The notes beneath the pieces were generated by a model, which had not been told where the DNA came from, made no database searches, and saw only the letters and a list, made by a program, of their open reading frames with translations. 64,000 nucleotides of DNA from Tubiluchus corallicola (lineage: Eukaryota; Animalia; Priapulida). Shown piece after piece: positions 27,101-54,535 of this stretch. The stretch spans positions 62,001 through 126,000 of the forward strand of contig JAQGDQ010000200.1 of the NCBI GenBank assembly GCA_030141605.1, written 5' to 3'. The position numbers were made by a program, and so were the translations under genes. Positions within the stretch are counted from its first letter, which is position 1. Every line of letters starts with the position of its first letter.

Positions 27101-29379
27101 TAAAAATGTCCTAAACACTCTGCTTAAACATTTTCATAAACATTATTAGCATAACTACCAGTAGTAAAATGGCTTGTAATTGGGATGAGTTTGAATGAAC
27201 ATCAATTTTTGTGTTCAGTTCAAGACGATTGGATGTGTTTGCATTAAATCGGCATATAACATACATTGTGGCAAATGTTTCATTGGGCATTAGGCTACCA
27301 GATGAGGTATATAGAGCTCGCAAATCTAGATACACCCTCGGTCTGACTCAACTTCGGCTATAAGGTGTCCTTCATATTCGAGGTTGACTGTATCTTAAAC
27401 CCCTTAACTTTTGGCTGCCCTATCAGTACTTTACGTGTATAAATGAATACTAGCAAATGTTTAAACTGTAGACAATAAAATATGCCATTAGGTTACCACA
27501 TTTGCTGCAGAAAAGGTGATGCCTGAAAATTGTGAATTCGTTGGGAATTGAACCCGAGACCAGTGGATTACGCCCACTTGCTCTCATCATCTGAGCTATG
27601 TATCTACGTGGTTTTGTTTTGCGATTTGCTATCCGCACCCAGATTTTTTACAAAACAAAAGGCCTCTATTTGCGTAGACATGTATGCATTAATGCATCTT
27701 GCTATAATGCCAAACTCGCTTAATGCCAACTTTGTTTGAAGTCCCAAAGAGGGCAGTATAAAGAGGTCTCTCTAGCTCACTAGTAATGGGAATTCATGTT
27801 GGTATTTCGATAGAGTACTCCATGTTCATACTTACTCTATGCGGATACATAGATCAATTTGTTAAAGCAAGTGGACATGGACATAATACTCTGGTCTCGG
27901 GTTCAAGTCTGAATGTATTCACAGTTTTTCTGTATCACCTTCTGCAATGAATTTATCTTTTATGCTTATTGTCCTGTAGAATTTATTAATTCTGGCTAAT
28001 TGCAGTTATAACATCTCTTTGATTAATCTGAGGCACCACTAAAGTTTGTATATTAAAAAGCACAAGAAAACCCTTTATTTACAAAAGTTAAAAAAGTCGT
28101 CTCGAAATTTTGTATCACTTACATGCCGTTTTATTGGATACAGAGCTTGTCTTAGTAGTAACTTGAAAATCTAAACAGTCATTTGAAACAAGTTTAGATA
28201 ACATTGGGTAAAGTTTGGAAAAATAATCAGAGCTTTCGTAGCAAACTCTCCGCTAACTAAGCAGCTGTATTAATCACTGTATCTTGTCAAGATTAAAAAT
28301 GTATTTGTCGATAAGTCAGTGGTGCACACTGGGAAGGTGAGTCAGGGGTGCACAATGGGAAGGTGAGTCAGGGGTGCACACTGGGAAGGAGTGTCAGTTG
28401 TTCACACTGGGAAGGCAAGTCAGTGGTGCACACTGAAAAGGTGAGTCAGTGGTGCACACTGGAAAGGTGAGTCAGTGGTGCACACTGGGAAGGTGAGTCA
28501 GTGGTGCACACTGGGAAGGTGAGTCAGGGGTGAACATTGGGAAGGTGTGTCGGTGGTGCACACTGGGAAGGTGAGTCAGTGGTGCACGCTGGGAAGGTGA
28601 GTCAGTGGTGCACACTGGGAAGGTGAGTCAGGGGTGCACACTGTGAAGGTGAGTCAGGGGTGCACACTGGGAAGGTGAGTCAGGGGTGCACACTGGGAAG
28701 GTGAGTCAGTGGTGCACACTGGGAAGGTGAGTCAGGGGTGCACACTGGGAAGGTGAGTCAGTGGTGCACACTGGGAAGGTGAGTCAGGGGTGCACACTGG
28801 GAAGGTGTGTCAGCGACATTTTACTAGTTGATGTGAATGATATAAATTACTAAGAATTTTCTTTTCTAGTTACATAAAACTTTCTAGCTGACAAGCGTAA
28901 TGCTAAGTAGTAAAACTTTGCGTGGATAGTCTTTTGGGACATAGTTTAAAATTGCCTTTTCTTTCCCTTTACGCAAGAAATCTCCTACATTAAATCCTTT
29001 TTGAATCATCACCAAATCGTGTCTTCTTATTTCTCTACAAATTTGAAAGCAAATTTTAGCAGTAGATAGACATTTATTGAAGCGAATTCTCTGCCATTTG
29101 TATTATATTAATATTCTTCATTTATCTATCTAATTTTAGCCAAAAGATGATGTACAGCGTTTAATCAGCATCCAGTTTGCTTGGCGAGACAATGTCAAAC
29201 CAGTTGGTAGCACGTTCGTCGGTACCAGTCCAGAGTTTGAGGTCGCACTCTACACTTTAATCTTCCTAATGTCAGATACGTACAAGACACCAATTAGAAT
29301 CGACGATCAGTACGAAGTCGAGATCTGTTGTCATCGGTTTGGTGACAAACTGGGCTGTGCTTATCCCTTTGCTATATAA
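18144..29379 (+). CDS. ENDOU: Poly(U)-specific endoribonuclease EndoU/XendoU-like, 289 aa; exons 18144-18187, 23148-23248, 23349-23450, 25661-25895, 26416-26563, 29140-29379
   Basis: Spliced translation [37 protein letters not shown]...LLDNY...[12 protein letters not shown]...[13 protein letters not shown]...[20 protein letters not shown]...GCAYPFAI*. The catalytic His/His/Lys are present. Exon 1 is inferred from ATG + AG|GTGAG with a phase-2 match and is less certain. AATAAA at ~29662. Confidence 0.92.
19103..22900 (-). mobile_element. Near-full-length, inactivated CR1/L2-group non-LTR retrotransposon (leader-2A-PHD-APE-RT), antisense in EndoU intron 1
   Basis: APE motifs ([33 protein letters not shown]); RT motifs ([23 protein letters not shown] in place of YADD); C-terminal [14 protein letters not shown]; 3' AATAAA plus (ATCTT)n tail at 19103-19125. 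Multiple stops, frameshifts and a deletion after KGVP. The 5' boundary is approximate. Confidence 0.92.
22441..22500 (-). other. 2A-like ribosome stop-go peptide [19 protein letters not shown]|P
   Basis: Matches the GDxExNPGP consensus with a hydrophobic upstream helix; in frame with the PHD finger (22255-22407) and the APE domain. Confidence 0.8.
24528..24990 (-). mobile_element. LINE/SINE 3' tail with stem-loop and (TTGAA)n end, in EndoU intron 3
   Basis: The minus strand ends aataaa(ttgaa)n; GC-rich hairpin gggtggc...gccaccc at 24613-24652. Confidence 0.5.
25069..25560 (+). mobile_element. Tc1/mariner (pogo-like) MITE; copies at 26730-27391 (inverted) and 35300-36005
   Basis: ta|cagtcaacctcgg(g/a)tataagg...ccttatacccgaggttgactg|ta TIRs with TA target site. 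Confidence 0.8.
28053..28971 (+). mobile_element. Dispersed element family D with an internal 26-bp minisatellite; related copies at ~31130-31522 (+), 52830-53030 (-), 56660-57020 (+), 57690-58160 (-)
   Basis: Shared blocks aataatcagagc(a/t)ttcgtagc, cgctaactaagca, tcttgtcaa(t)aagatt, ggtgcacactggga. The other copies carry about one unit of the repeat. Confidence 0.7.
28314..28813 (+). repeat. 26-bp minisatellite (gtgagtcagtggtgcacactgggaag), ~19 copies
   Basis: Periodicity read directly from the sequence. Confidence 0.95.
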
Positions 29380-29880
29380 ATTTTAGAGGAACTTTATTTA
29401 TTTATTTATTTACTTTGCATTCATGTAAATGTATAATGAAGCTTATACAGAAATGTTCTCACTAGATACGTGTAAATTAGGTGTCAGAAAATCATCTTTA
29501 TATAATGTTAGTGCTTATTTCGCATTTTTTATATGGATCATGTTCTTTTCTCTGTGTTATTATACGTGCTTATAAAAGTGAAACTAGACAGTGCATTGTG
29601 GGATGTGGTTTAAGTAATTTTTGCTATTGTTATAGTATTGCTATTAAAGTTGATTTATTTTAATAAATTTGTGAGTACCTTTACTCTCTGCAAGCTCCGG
29701 TATAGTTTATTATCTGTATACAGGTTCATCAGTTTGGTCTGAATAGTGTTACGTTTAGTCATACGTATCATGTATTTACTTACATGGTTTTTCATCATAC
29801 TGACTTTACCTTGTCTTAGCTTATAGCTAATTCACGCTTATCTTGTTACTGCTGTTATTAATATGGTTATGTAATTAGAA

Positions 29881-30433
29881 GCTAAAGCTGAGTCAGTTGC
29901 TACTACATCAGCTGACTCACACAGCAAATCAGCTAGCTCGGCTGAAGCTGAGTCAGTTGCTACTATACCAGCTGACTCACACAGTAAATCAGCTAGCTTG
30001 GTTGAAGCTAAGTCAGTTACTACTACATCAGCTGACTCACACAGTAAATCAATTAGCTCGGCTGAAGTTGAGTCAGTTACTACTACATCAGCTGACTCAC
30101 ACAGTAAATCAGCTAGCTCGGCTGAAGTTGAGTCAGTTGCTACTACACCAGCTGACTCACACAGTAAATCAGCTAGCTCGGCTGAAGCGGAGTCAGTTGC
30201 TACTACATTAGCTAACTCACACAGTAAATAAACTAGCTCGGCTGAAGCTGAGTCAGTTACTACTACATCGGCTGACTCACACAGTAATTAAGCTAGCTCG
30301 GCTGAAGCTGAGTCAGTTCCTACTACATCAGCTGACTCACACAGTAAATCAATTAGCTCGGCTGAGGTTGAGTCAGTTACTCCTACATCAGCTGACTCAC
30401 ACAGTAAATCAGCTAGCTCGGCTGAAGTTGACT
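29881..30433 (+). repeat. 60-bp tandem repeat, ~9 copies, each with an internal hairpin
   Basis: The unit gctgaagctgagtcagttgctactacatcagctgactcacacagtaaatcagctagctcg recurs on every 60-nt line. Confidence 0.95.
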
Positions 30434-32204
30434 GGCTTTTCAGCTGAGTTGGCCTTAAAGCAAAAATTAGCTAAGTCAGCTAAAGCTACGAATTTTTGTT
30501 AACTAAATAAATGTTAAATTGTTAGTTAACTGTTAAATTATGGAGACAATTTTTTTAAATAATTCATTTTGCTTTATACACACGAAAAAGCTGCTGTACA
30601 AATTCAAATAATGCATTAGAACAAAAATCTTCCCAGCCTGCAAAAATTTCGGCTAGCTCGACCGAGGGCCTGGCATGACTAAGGCCGGGTTTCTTATCGG
30701 CTCTGTCGACTGTGGAAATAAACCGGCTGGAGCTCAGTTAAAACGGCTCTGCGATGTCTTTTATTCGCAGCGGCCATGAAAAGTATAAAAAAGTATTCAA
30801 TAATTTTTTCAGCTGCTTTTCTTGCCTTTCGTAATTTTAAGCCAATTATCAAGAAACTCATTTGCCAAACTTTTTTGCTTGTCTAAAGGTTATACAAAGC
30901 ATGAATATGCCTGATCAGTCTCTGCAGTCCAGCCAATCAAGTCCTTTGTGTAGTGACTGAGAGATAGCATTTTGATGTGGTCATTTATTGCAGTCTGAAC
31001 AGGTATTTTGAGAACGTGTTGTCTGAAAGTGCTTTAGCATATCAACTCAGAGAAGAGAGGTTATGCTTTGCACGAATGAATTGTTTGTAACGTTTATAGT
31101 GAACAATTTAATCTATACAAGAAAATTAAGTCTGCTCAACTTGCTATAACGCTCGGATTTTCGTGCGTCACCTCTGTAGTGCACCCATTTCTTTAGGTGC
31201 AGCCATTTTGACGGTGAGTTGATTGAAACAAGTCAACATAACACTGCGTAAAGTTTGAAAAATAATCAGAACATTCGTAGCTCACTCTTCGCTAACTAAG
31301 CAAAAGTTTAAGTTACCTTATATTGAGGGTAAGATCAATAATCTGTTTTGGTGAATCAGCGGTGCACACTGAGATGGTGATGCAGTGCCGTTTCACCAGG
31401 TGGCGCGAATATTTTAAATTATAAAGAATTTTCTTGTCTAGAATCATAAGTCTTTCAAGCAGGTAAGCATAATGACAACTAACATAACTTTGTACGGAAT
31501 GTTCTTTGGGATTGACTTAAAAATTCCCTTTTCTTTCCCTTCAGCTACTGTATTTGTGCTACGTCCATCTACCAGCTTACTACACCTGTCTACCAATTAT
31601 CCAGTTTTTGTCACGATAACTTCTATGTTTTCTTCGATCCTTGCACATTTTACGAAAGTAAGTAAGCAATTTATTCTCATTATGGCATAATACATACAAT
31701 GAAATTTACGTGGTTTTACGTACTGCAATAACTTATGGAAACAACAAGGAGATTAACACAAATAATTCAATCAGCTGTACAGTGACATAGAGAATTAATA
31801 TTGGAGATTTACTGTTGATGATTCGAACTGCAACGGAATAGAAAGAATTTAACATTATTGTGGTCTTAGCGTGAATTCAGTAAACTAAACACTCAGCAAA
31901 GTTCGTAAACGTCATAAAATCTTCTTGTTCCCACTTGCCTTCCTAATTATTGTACAGGTCACAGTTTTTCATGAGTTCATCAACAGAGACATTCTTGTTC
32001 TTCTGTTATGCACCACTTAACATGTCACCACTGAATGACCTTTAAAAGAAGTTCTGCCTCTTAACCTGCTAGACAGAATGGGACATACTTTAAATTTGAG
32101 TTCATATTTTGTGTACTTCTTTCAACAATTTATGAAATGTATAAATTAGTGCTGATTAGTTCATGGCTGATATAATCATTGCAAGTGTATACTGTTGCTG
32201 TATA

Positions 32205-32574
32205 TAGGGCTGGATTATGACCTTTTGGGACCCTTAGGCTGTTGAAATTATAGGGCCCCCTCAGACGAAGTATTTTTTACTTGTGATATATTTCAGAAAC
32301 ATTTGCATAGTTGCCCCATATTGCAACAAATGAATTCAAAGAAAGGCCCTTTTCGAAATAAAGGGCGTCAAACAAAAGTCGTTTGTCTCAAATAAAAGGC
32401 CTCAAACAAGGATCCTTTATCTCAGGAGATAGATGAGGAGCCACTTTAAAATTGGATTTTCAGACTTTCTGGCCTCCTTTTTCAAAGTTGAAATTTTATT
32501 TTATGCCCCCCCCCCGAGCTTGAGAGGCCCCCTAAGCTGCAGCCTATACTAGCCTATAGGGTAATCCAGCCCTG
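32205..32574. mobile_element. hAT-type MITE with 8-bp TSD
   Basis: TIR (t/c)agggctggatta...taatccagccctg; TSD gctgtata at 32197-32204 and 32575-32582. A related left end lies at ~40331. Confidence 0.8.
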
Positions 32575-32845
32575 GCTGTATATATAACTGCAGCTTATAC
32601 TAGTCTATAGGGTAATCCAGCCCTGGCTGTATATATAACTGCAGCTTATACTAGTCTATAGGGTAATCCAGCCCTGGCTGTATATATAACTGCAGCCTAT
32701 ACTAGTCTATAGGGTAATCCAGCCCTGGCTGTATATATAACTGCAGCCTATACTAGTCTATAGGGTAATCCAGCCCTGGCTGTATATATAACTGCAGCCT
32801 ATACTAGTCTATAGGGTAATCCAGCCCTGGCTGTATATATAACTG
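32537..32845 (+). repeat. 51-bp tandem repeat, 6 copies (hAT right end + TSD + flank)
   Basis: Unit ctgcagc(c/t)tatactagtctatagggtaatccagccctggctgtatatataa. Confidence 0.95.
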
Positions 32846-34901
32846 ACCGGAATTATAAATTTTCTCACTTGTTTATTGTGCACATTACATTTACATCACA
32901 TTACAATACAGTGTAAATCTTAATAATGTAGCAATTTAACATACCTTTTTTATACATATATTTACTTACACCAGTTGTAAAATAAAGAAAGTAACAGTTA
33001 TTTAACAGGGGCTGTATAAAGAGATTTAGGAAGTGATATTCATAGCCGTACATATATTAGAAAATTCTTTACTGTAAGAATATAATCAAAATACTCATAA
33101 CAATGTTCTTCAAAAGACTGAAGACTGATATGTACAAATACTTTTAAAGGAAGACAGGATGATTTTTCATATACTACCACATTTTCAAGTCCGATAAAAA
33201 GTATACGTTTCAAGACAATTAATACTGCAAAAGCGTTTAATGGTAATTAAATAATAGATGACATCACAAACTAACATGGTTTTCAACAGCAAAAAATATT
33301 CCACGAGTATGTTGCGCGTGTTTGCGAAAGGGAAAATTGAAGTACAGTACTACTGTGAGGCATTCAGTGTGGTGTACTAAAACTAGACAAGTTTTAGGAT
33401 AAAAATTCAAGTTTCAAATTTACCGCAGTGCTCACACATAAGCTGTTCAATGTGTGTAGTTCACCACAAACTAACACATCTGAACTGAGAGGTGCAGCAC
33501 CTGTTTTTATGCATTGTATTTTCGACATGCAGGTGTTAGTGCCCGTCTAACTAGCGAATGGCAAAATGCATGTAACAGCGAAGAATTAGTGGCGCGAACG
33601 TGAAATTGTATTTGTGTGGTAATAATTCTTTCACGTAAGTCATTCTTTAAAAATAGTATGTTTCCTATCAATAATTTAAAGAGTAGATTGTTTTGACCTA
33701 CAGTTTAAGATTGGGTCCGGTTTTGCTTTAATATTGCTTATACCAGATATACAAAAAATAACATTGCATATAGTTTATACTAGATATACAAAATTGAATT
33801 TGCACATACTTTATATTAGATATACAAAAAATAACGTTGCACATAGTTTATACCAGATATACAAAAATGGAAAAACGTTTTTCTTGCATTTGCACAAATG
33901 TTTGTGTCGGTTACAATATCACATTTGCAAGATGGGATTATTATGACACAGGGAGCAGTCTTCGCCGTTTTCATTTGCCTTTGCATTTTGTCATGTAGTT
34001 ACAGAGAGAGAAACGTCATTGACATATCATAGCTCTTGTCAGAACACACGTTGTTTTGAAGTAAGCAGATACATTGTCTCGACGTATGCAGAAACAAGGA
34101 GACACATTGTCTCGAAGTAAGCAGGCACGTTGTCTAGATGTAAGCTGACATTGTCTTGAAGTAAGGAGACACATTGTCTTGAACTAAGAATACACATTGA
34201 CTGAAAGAAACACATTGTCTCGATGTAAGCAGACATATTGTCTCAAAGTAAGCCGACCACTAAGTCTAGATGTAAGCTGACATATTGTCTTGAGCTAAGA
34301 ATACACATTGACTGAAAGAAACACATTGTCTCGAAGTAAGCAGACATATTGTCCTGACGTACGCAGACACATTGTGTCGTAGTAAGAAGGCACATTGTCT
34401 CGAACACTGGCTCAAGCACTTCTCCTTCTGTTCTCTGAAACCCTTCCTTGTTAAACCATTGTGTTTTGTAGTTGAAGTAAATGTTCTCTCTCATTAAATA
34501 ATTCTTTTATATAAGCACCTCATATACCAACAAGCTTTTTTGTTTGTGACAAGAATAAAATGCATTTTAGCCACGAAATTTTACTTCAGATATCAAATAG
34601 GTGCTAAAATCTTAAACAAATTGCACTTATTTTCGCGTGGGTAAAACGGTAATAACTCGACAAGTTGCTGACTACTCGTCGATCGTAACTGTAATTCTTT
34701 ATTAACTATTTGCACACTTGAAGTCGGCACACAACTTTCTTGAATACAACACCGATGCACATTTATAAAAGTTCATAATTCAAATGCATGATGCAAATGC
34801 TCACACAGTGTACATGCACTATGCAAATGCTCACACAATGCGCATGCACGATGCAAATGCTCACACAATGCGCATGCATGAGTTAAAAATTCGTAAAGCT
34901 T

Positions 34902-51155
<16,254 letters not shown>

Positions 51156-53289
51156 CTGTAACAAAAAATAAAATATACTGTGATTTTTGCTGGATTTTTT
51201 TCGTGTTTACTCAAATGACTACAAATGTAAGCAGTTTTTCTGAATGCAAACTAATGTTTAATGGAACCCGAAATTATTAAATACTATAAATCTTTTTACA
51301 CGAAAAAAAACGAGAATGAACCTGAAATTGAACCAAGAACCTTTGGATTACAAGTTCAATGCCATGACCTCTAGACTATTCGGCTCTTTTTACTACGCAA
51401 GTTTTTAGTTCAATTTTTGTAGCTCACCGATTAATTTGATCAAATTTTCATTAAATACTTTTTATAGAAAAGTCCTGGGCTCAAGTACTTGTATATCTTC
51501 ATTCCTGGTTTTTTCGCATTCCTTTCTGTTTTGGATAAGTTGGATTTCAAAAAAATCAATAACTGCTGGATTAAATAAACATTAACAAAATAACATTAAT
51601 GTTAATATCATGATTATGTCTAAAATTTAAGTTCTGTTCCTTTAGTTTTAGTTATAATCATATTAAAAATAGGATTTTTTTTGGAAATAAAAACATTCAT
51701 CAGTTTCTAACACTATGCAGCTATCCCGTACTCGCCCCATGCAAGTCGTATGGCATGTGAGCAAAAAGATACTTTTAGTGTTTAAGCCATTGATTTCGCA
51801 TTGATTTTTTACACGGAGCTATTCCGCAAATGGATAACGCATAAAGTGACGTTTATGTAGCATGCGTAATGCGTACGCGTTATGCTGCGGAAAAAAATCA
51901 ATAGGAAATAGCTGTAGAAAACGCATAACGCACTCCAGATAAACGGGTGCATTGCAAATTATGTAAACCGATTTTATCTATTCCGCATCCGCATAACGCA
52001 TTCCGGATGTCTGATAAACGCGCCGCTTTGCGCAAGACTAGCGCTCGTATAGAGGAGTTTAAAGCCAGAAAAGCAAACCGTTTTTTCTTTGATACGTCTA
52101 CAAATGTACTTCATGCAAGGTAAGTAATAACTTCAGATCCTCTCACTTTCTATATGTCCATACTTCCGTCAGCTTGACCTCTTTTGTTGTCTTGCCCTAA
52201 TTTTGCGGGAGTGCCAAACAGTTATTACGACGCAAAACACGCAAGCTTGACTTTTGACCTTATAAAATTGATGAAGCGAGGTGAAGTAGATTATCCGTTT
52301 TGCAAACTGTTTAAATTTTCTAAAATAATCTTTGAAAATTTCCAAACACCCAGGAATGCGACGACGAACAAAATAACATACAATCGATTGACAGCAGAGA
52401 AAGTTTTTAAAACTTTCGTAGTTATAAAATGGAGAATATATTTAAATTAATATATATAATATATATTATATTATATTGTATTGTATTGTATTGCATTGCA
52501 TTGCATTGCATTGCATTGCATTGCATTGCATTACATTACATTACATTACATTACATTATATTATATTATATATAATATATATTATAATATAATTAATATT
52601 TAAACTACTATATATAATTTAAAAATCGAAAAATATATGCACATTTAGACAAGGAATTGTACATTTTTTTCTACGTTGAATTACACGTCACGTGTTTTCT
52701 TACATATCGTTAAATTTTTATATGTCTTAATTATTATTTTAGCAGCAAATCTATAACTACCTTCGCTGCTGTTAGTGAAATCATGATTTACGTGACATCA
52801 GCATAAACTCGCCTCGTCGTATTTAAAGGGAATTTTAAAGCAAATCTAAAAAACTTTTCATACAAAGTTATGTTACCTTGCGTTATGTTTTCCACTTTGA
52901 AAAACTTATGTAATTGGAAAAAAGAAAACGTCACTGACTCACCTACCCAGTGTGCGCCAGTGATTCACCAAAAAACACATTATTAATCTTATTGACAAGA
53001 TAAAGTAACAAACTTTTGCTTAGTTATTGGCTGACGATTGCAGGCCAGAGAAAATTCAACAATTAAGAACAAAGGAAACGTTCTCTGAGGTTGATCGATT
53101 AAGAACTTTTACTTTTGCATTTTGCATAGGTATAAAATGCGTGCAAAGTTTCGCGATTTGCCTTTTTTTATGATCACACGGAAATTAAAATTACAAAAAC
53201 TTTAATTAGATTCATCGTATTATAAAGGTAATTATCATGTTTTGAGCAAGGCAGTTGTAAGTTATCATGCAGTCTTCTTCGGATAATAA

Positions 53290-54535
53290 GAGAGCAGCGG
53301 GCAAATCTAGTAGTGATGCCAAGTACCAAGAGCAACGGGCAAACTTAATAGTGATGCCAAGTACCAAGAGCAACGGGCAAATTTAATAGTGATGCCAAGT
53401 ACAAGGAGCAGCGGGCAAACTTAACAGTGATGCCAACTACAAGGAGTAGCGGGCAAACTCAATAGTGATGCCAAGTACAAGGAGCAGCGGGCAAACTTAG
53501 TAGTGATGCCAAGTACCAAGAGCAGCGGGCAAACTTAATAGTGATGCCAAGTACAAGGAGCAGCGGGCAAACTTAATAGTGATGCCAAGTACCAGAAGTA
53601 GCGGGCAAACTTAATAGTGATGCCAAGTACAAGGAGCAGCGGGCAAACTTAATAGTGATGCCAAGTACAAGGAGCAGCGGGCAAACTTAATAGTGATGTC
53701 AAGTACCAAGAGCAGCGGGCAAACTTAGTAGTGATGTCAAGTACCAAGAGCAGCGGGCAAACTTAGTAGTGATGCCAAGTACCAAGAGCAGCGGGTAAAC
53801 TTAGTAGTGATGTCAAGTACCAAGAGCAGCGGGCAAACTTAATAGTGATGCCAAGTACCAAGAGCAGCGGGCAAACTTAGTAGTGATGCCAAGTACCAAG
53901 AGCAGCGGGTAAACTTAGTAGTGATGCCAAGTACCAAGAGCAGCGGGTAAACTTAGTAGTGATGCCAAGTACCAGGAGCAGCGGGCAAACTTAGTAGTGA
54001 TGCCAAGTACCAGGAGCAGCGGGCAAACTTAGTAGTGATGCCAAGTACAAGGAGCAGCGGGCAAACTTAGTAGTGATGCCAAGTACCAAGAGCAGCGGGT
54101 AAACTTAGTAGTGATGCCAAGTACCAAGAGCAGCGGGTAAACTTAGTAGTGATGCCAAGTACCAAGAGCAGCGGGTAAGCTTAATAGTGATGCCAAGTAC
54201 CAAGAGCAGCGGGCAAACTTAGTAGTGATGCCAAGTACAAGGAGCAGCGGGCAAACTTAATAGTGATGCCAACTACAAGGAGTAGCGGGCAAACTTAATA
54301 GTGATGCCAACTACAAGGAGTAGCGGGCAAACTTAATAGTGATGCCAAGTACAAGGAGCAGCGGGCAAACTTAATAGTGATGCCAAGTACAAGGAGCAGC
54401 GGGCAAACTTAATAGTGATGCCAAGTACAAGGAGCAGCGGGCAAACTTAGTAGTGATGCCAAGTACCAAGAGCAGCGGGCAAACTTAGTAGTGATGCCAA
54501 GTACCAAGAGCAGCCGGCAAGCTTAGTAGTGACGT
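53290..54535 (+). repeat. 38-bp minisatellite, ~33 copies, in a Src intron
   Basis: Unit agcagcgggcaaactta(a/g)tagtgatgccaagtac(ca/ag)ag. Confidence 0.95.

Noticed and set aside
29897-30231. Repetitive mucin-like or Leu-rich ORFs
   Set aside because: By-product of a 60-bp unit; stops occur in neighbouring units and no splice or start context is evident.
53290-54535. CRISPR-like appearance of regular 38-bp repeats (also the 26-bp and 60-bp arrays)
   Set aside because: Head-to-tail units without unique spacers, no cas genes, eukaryotic context.
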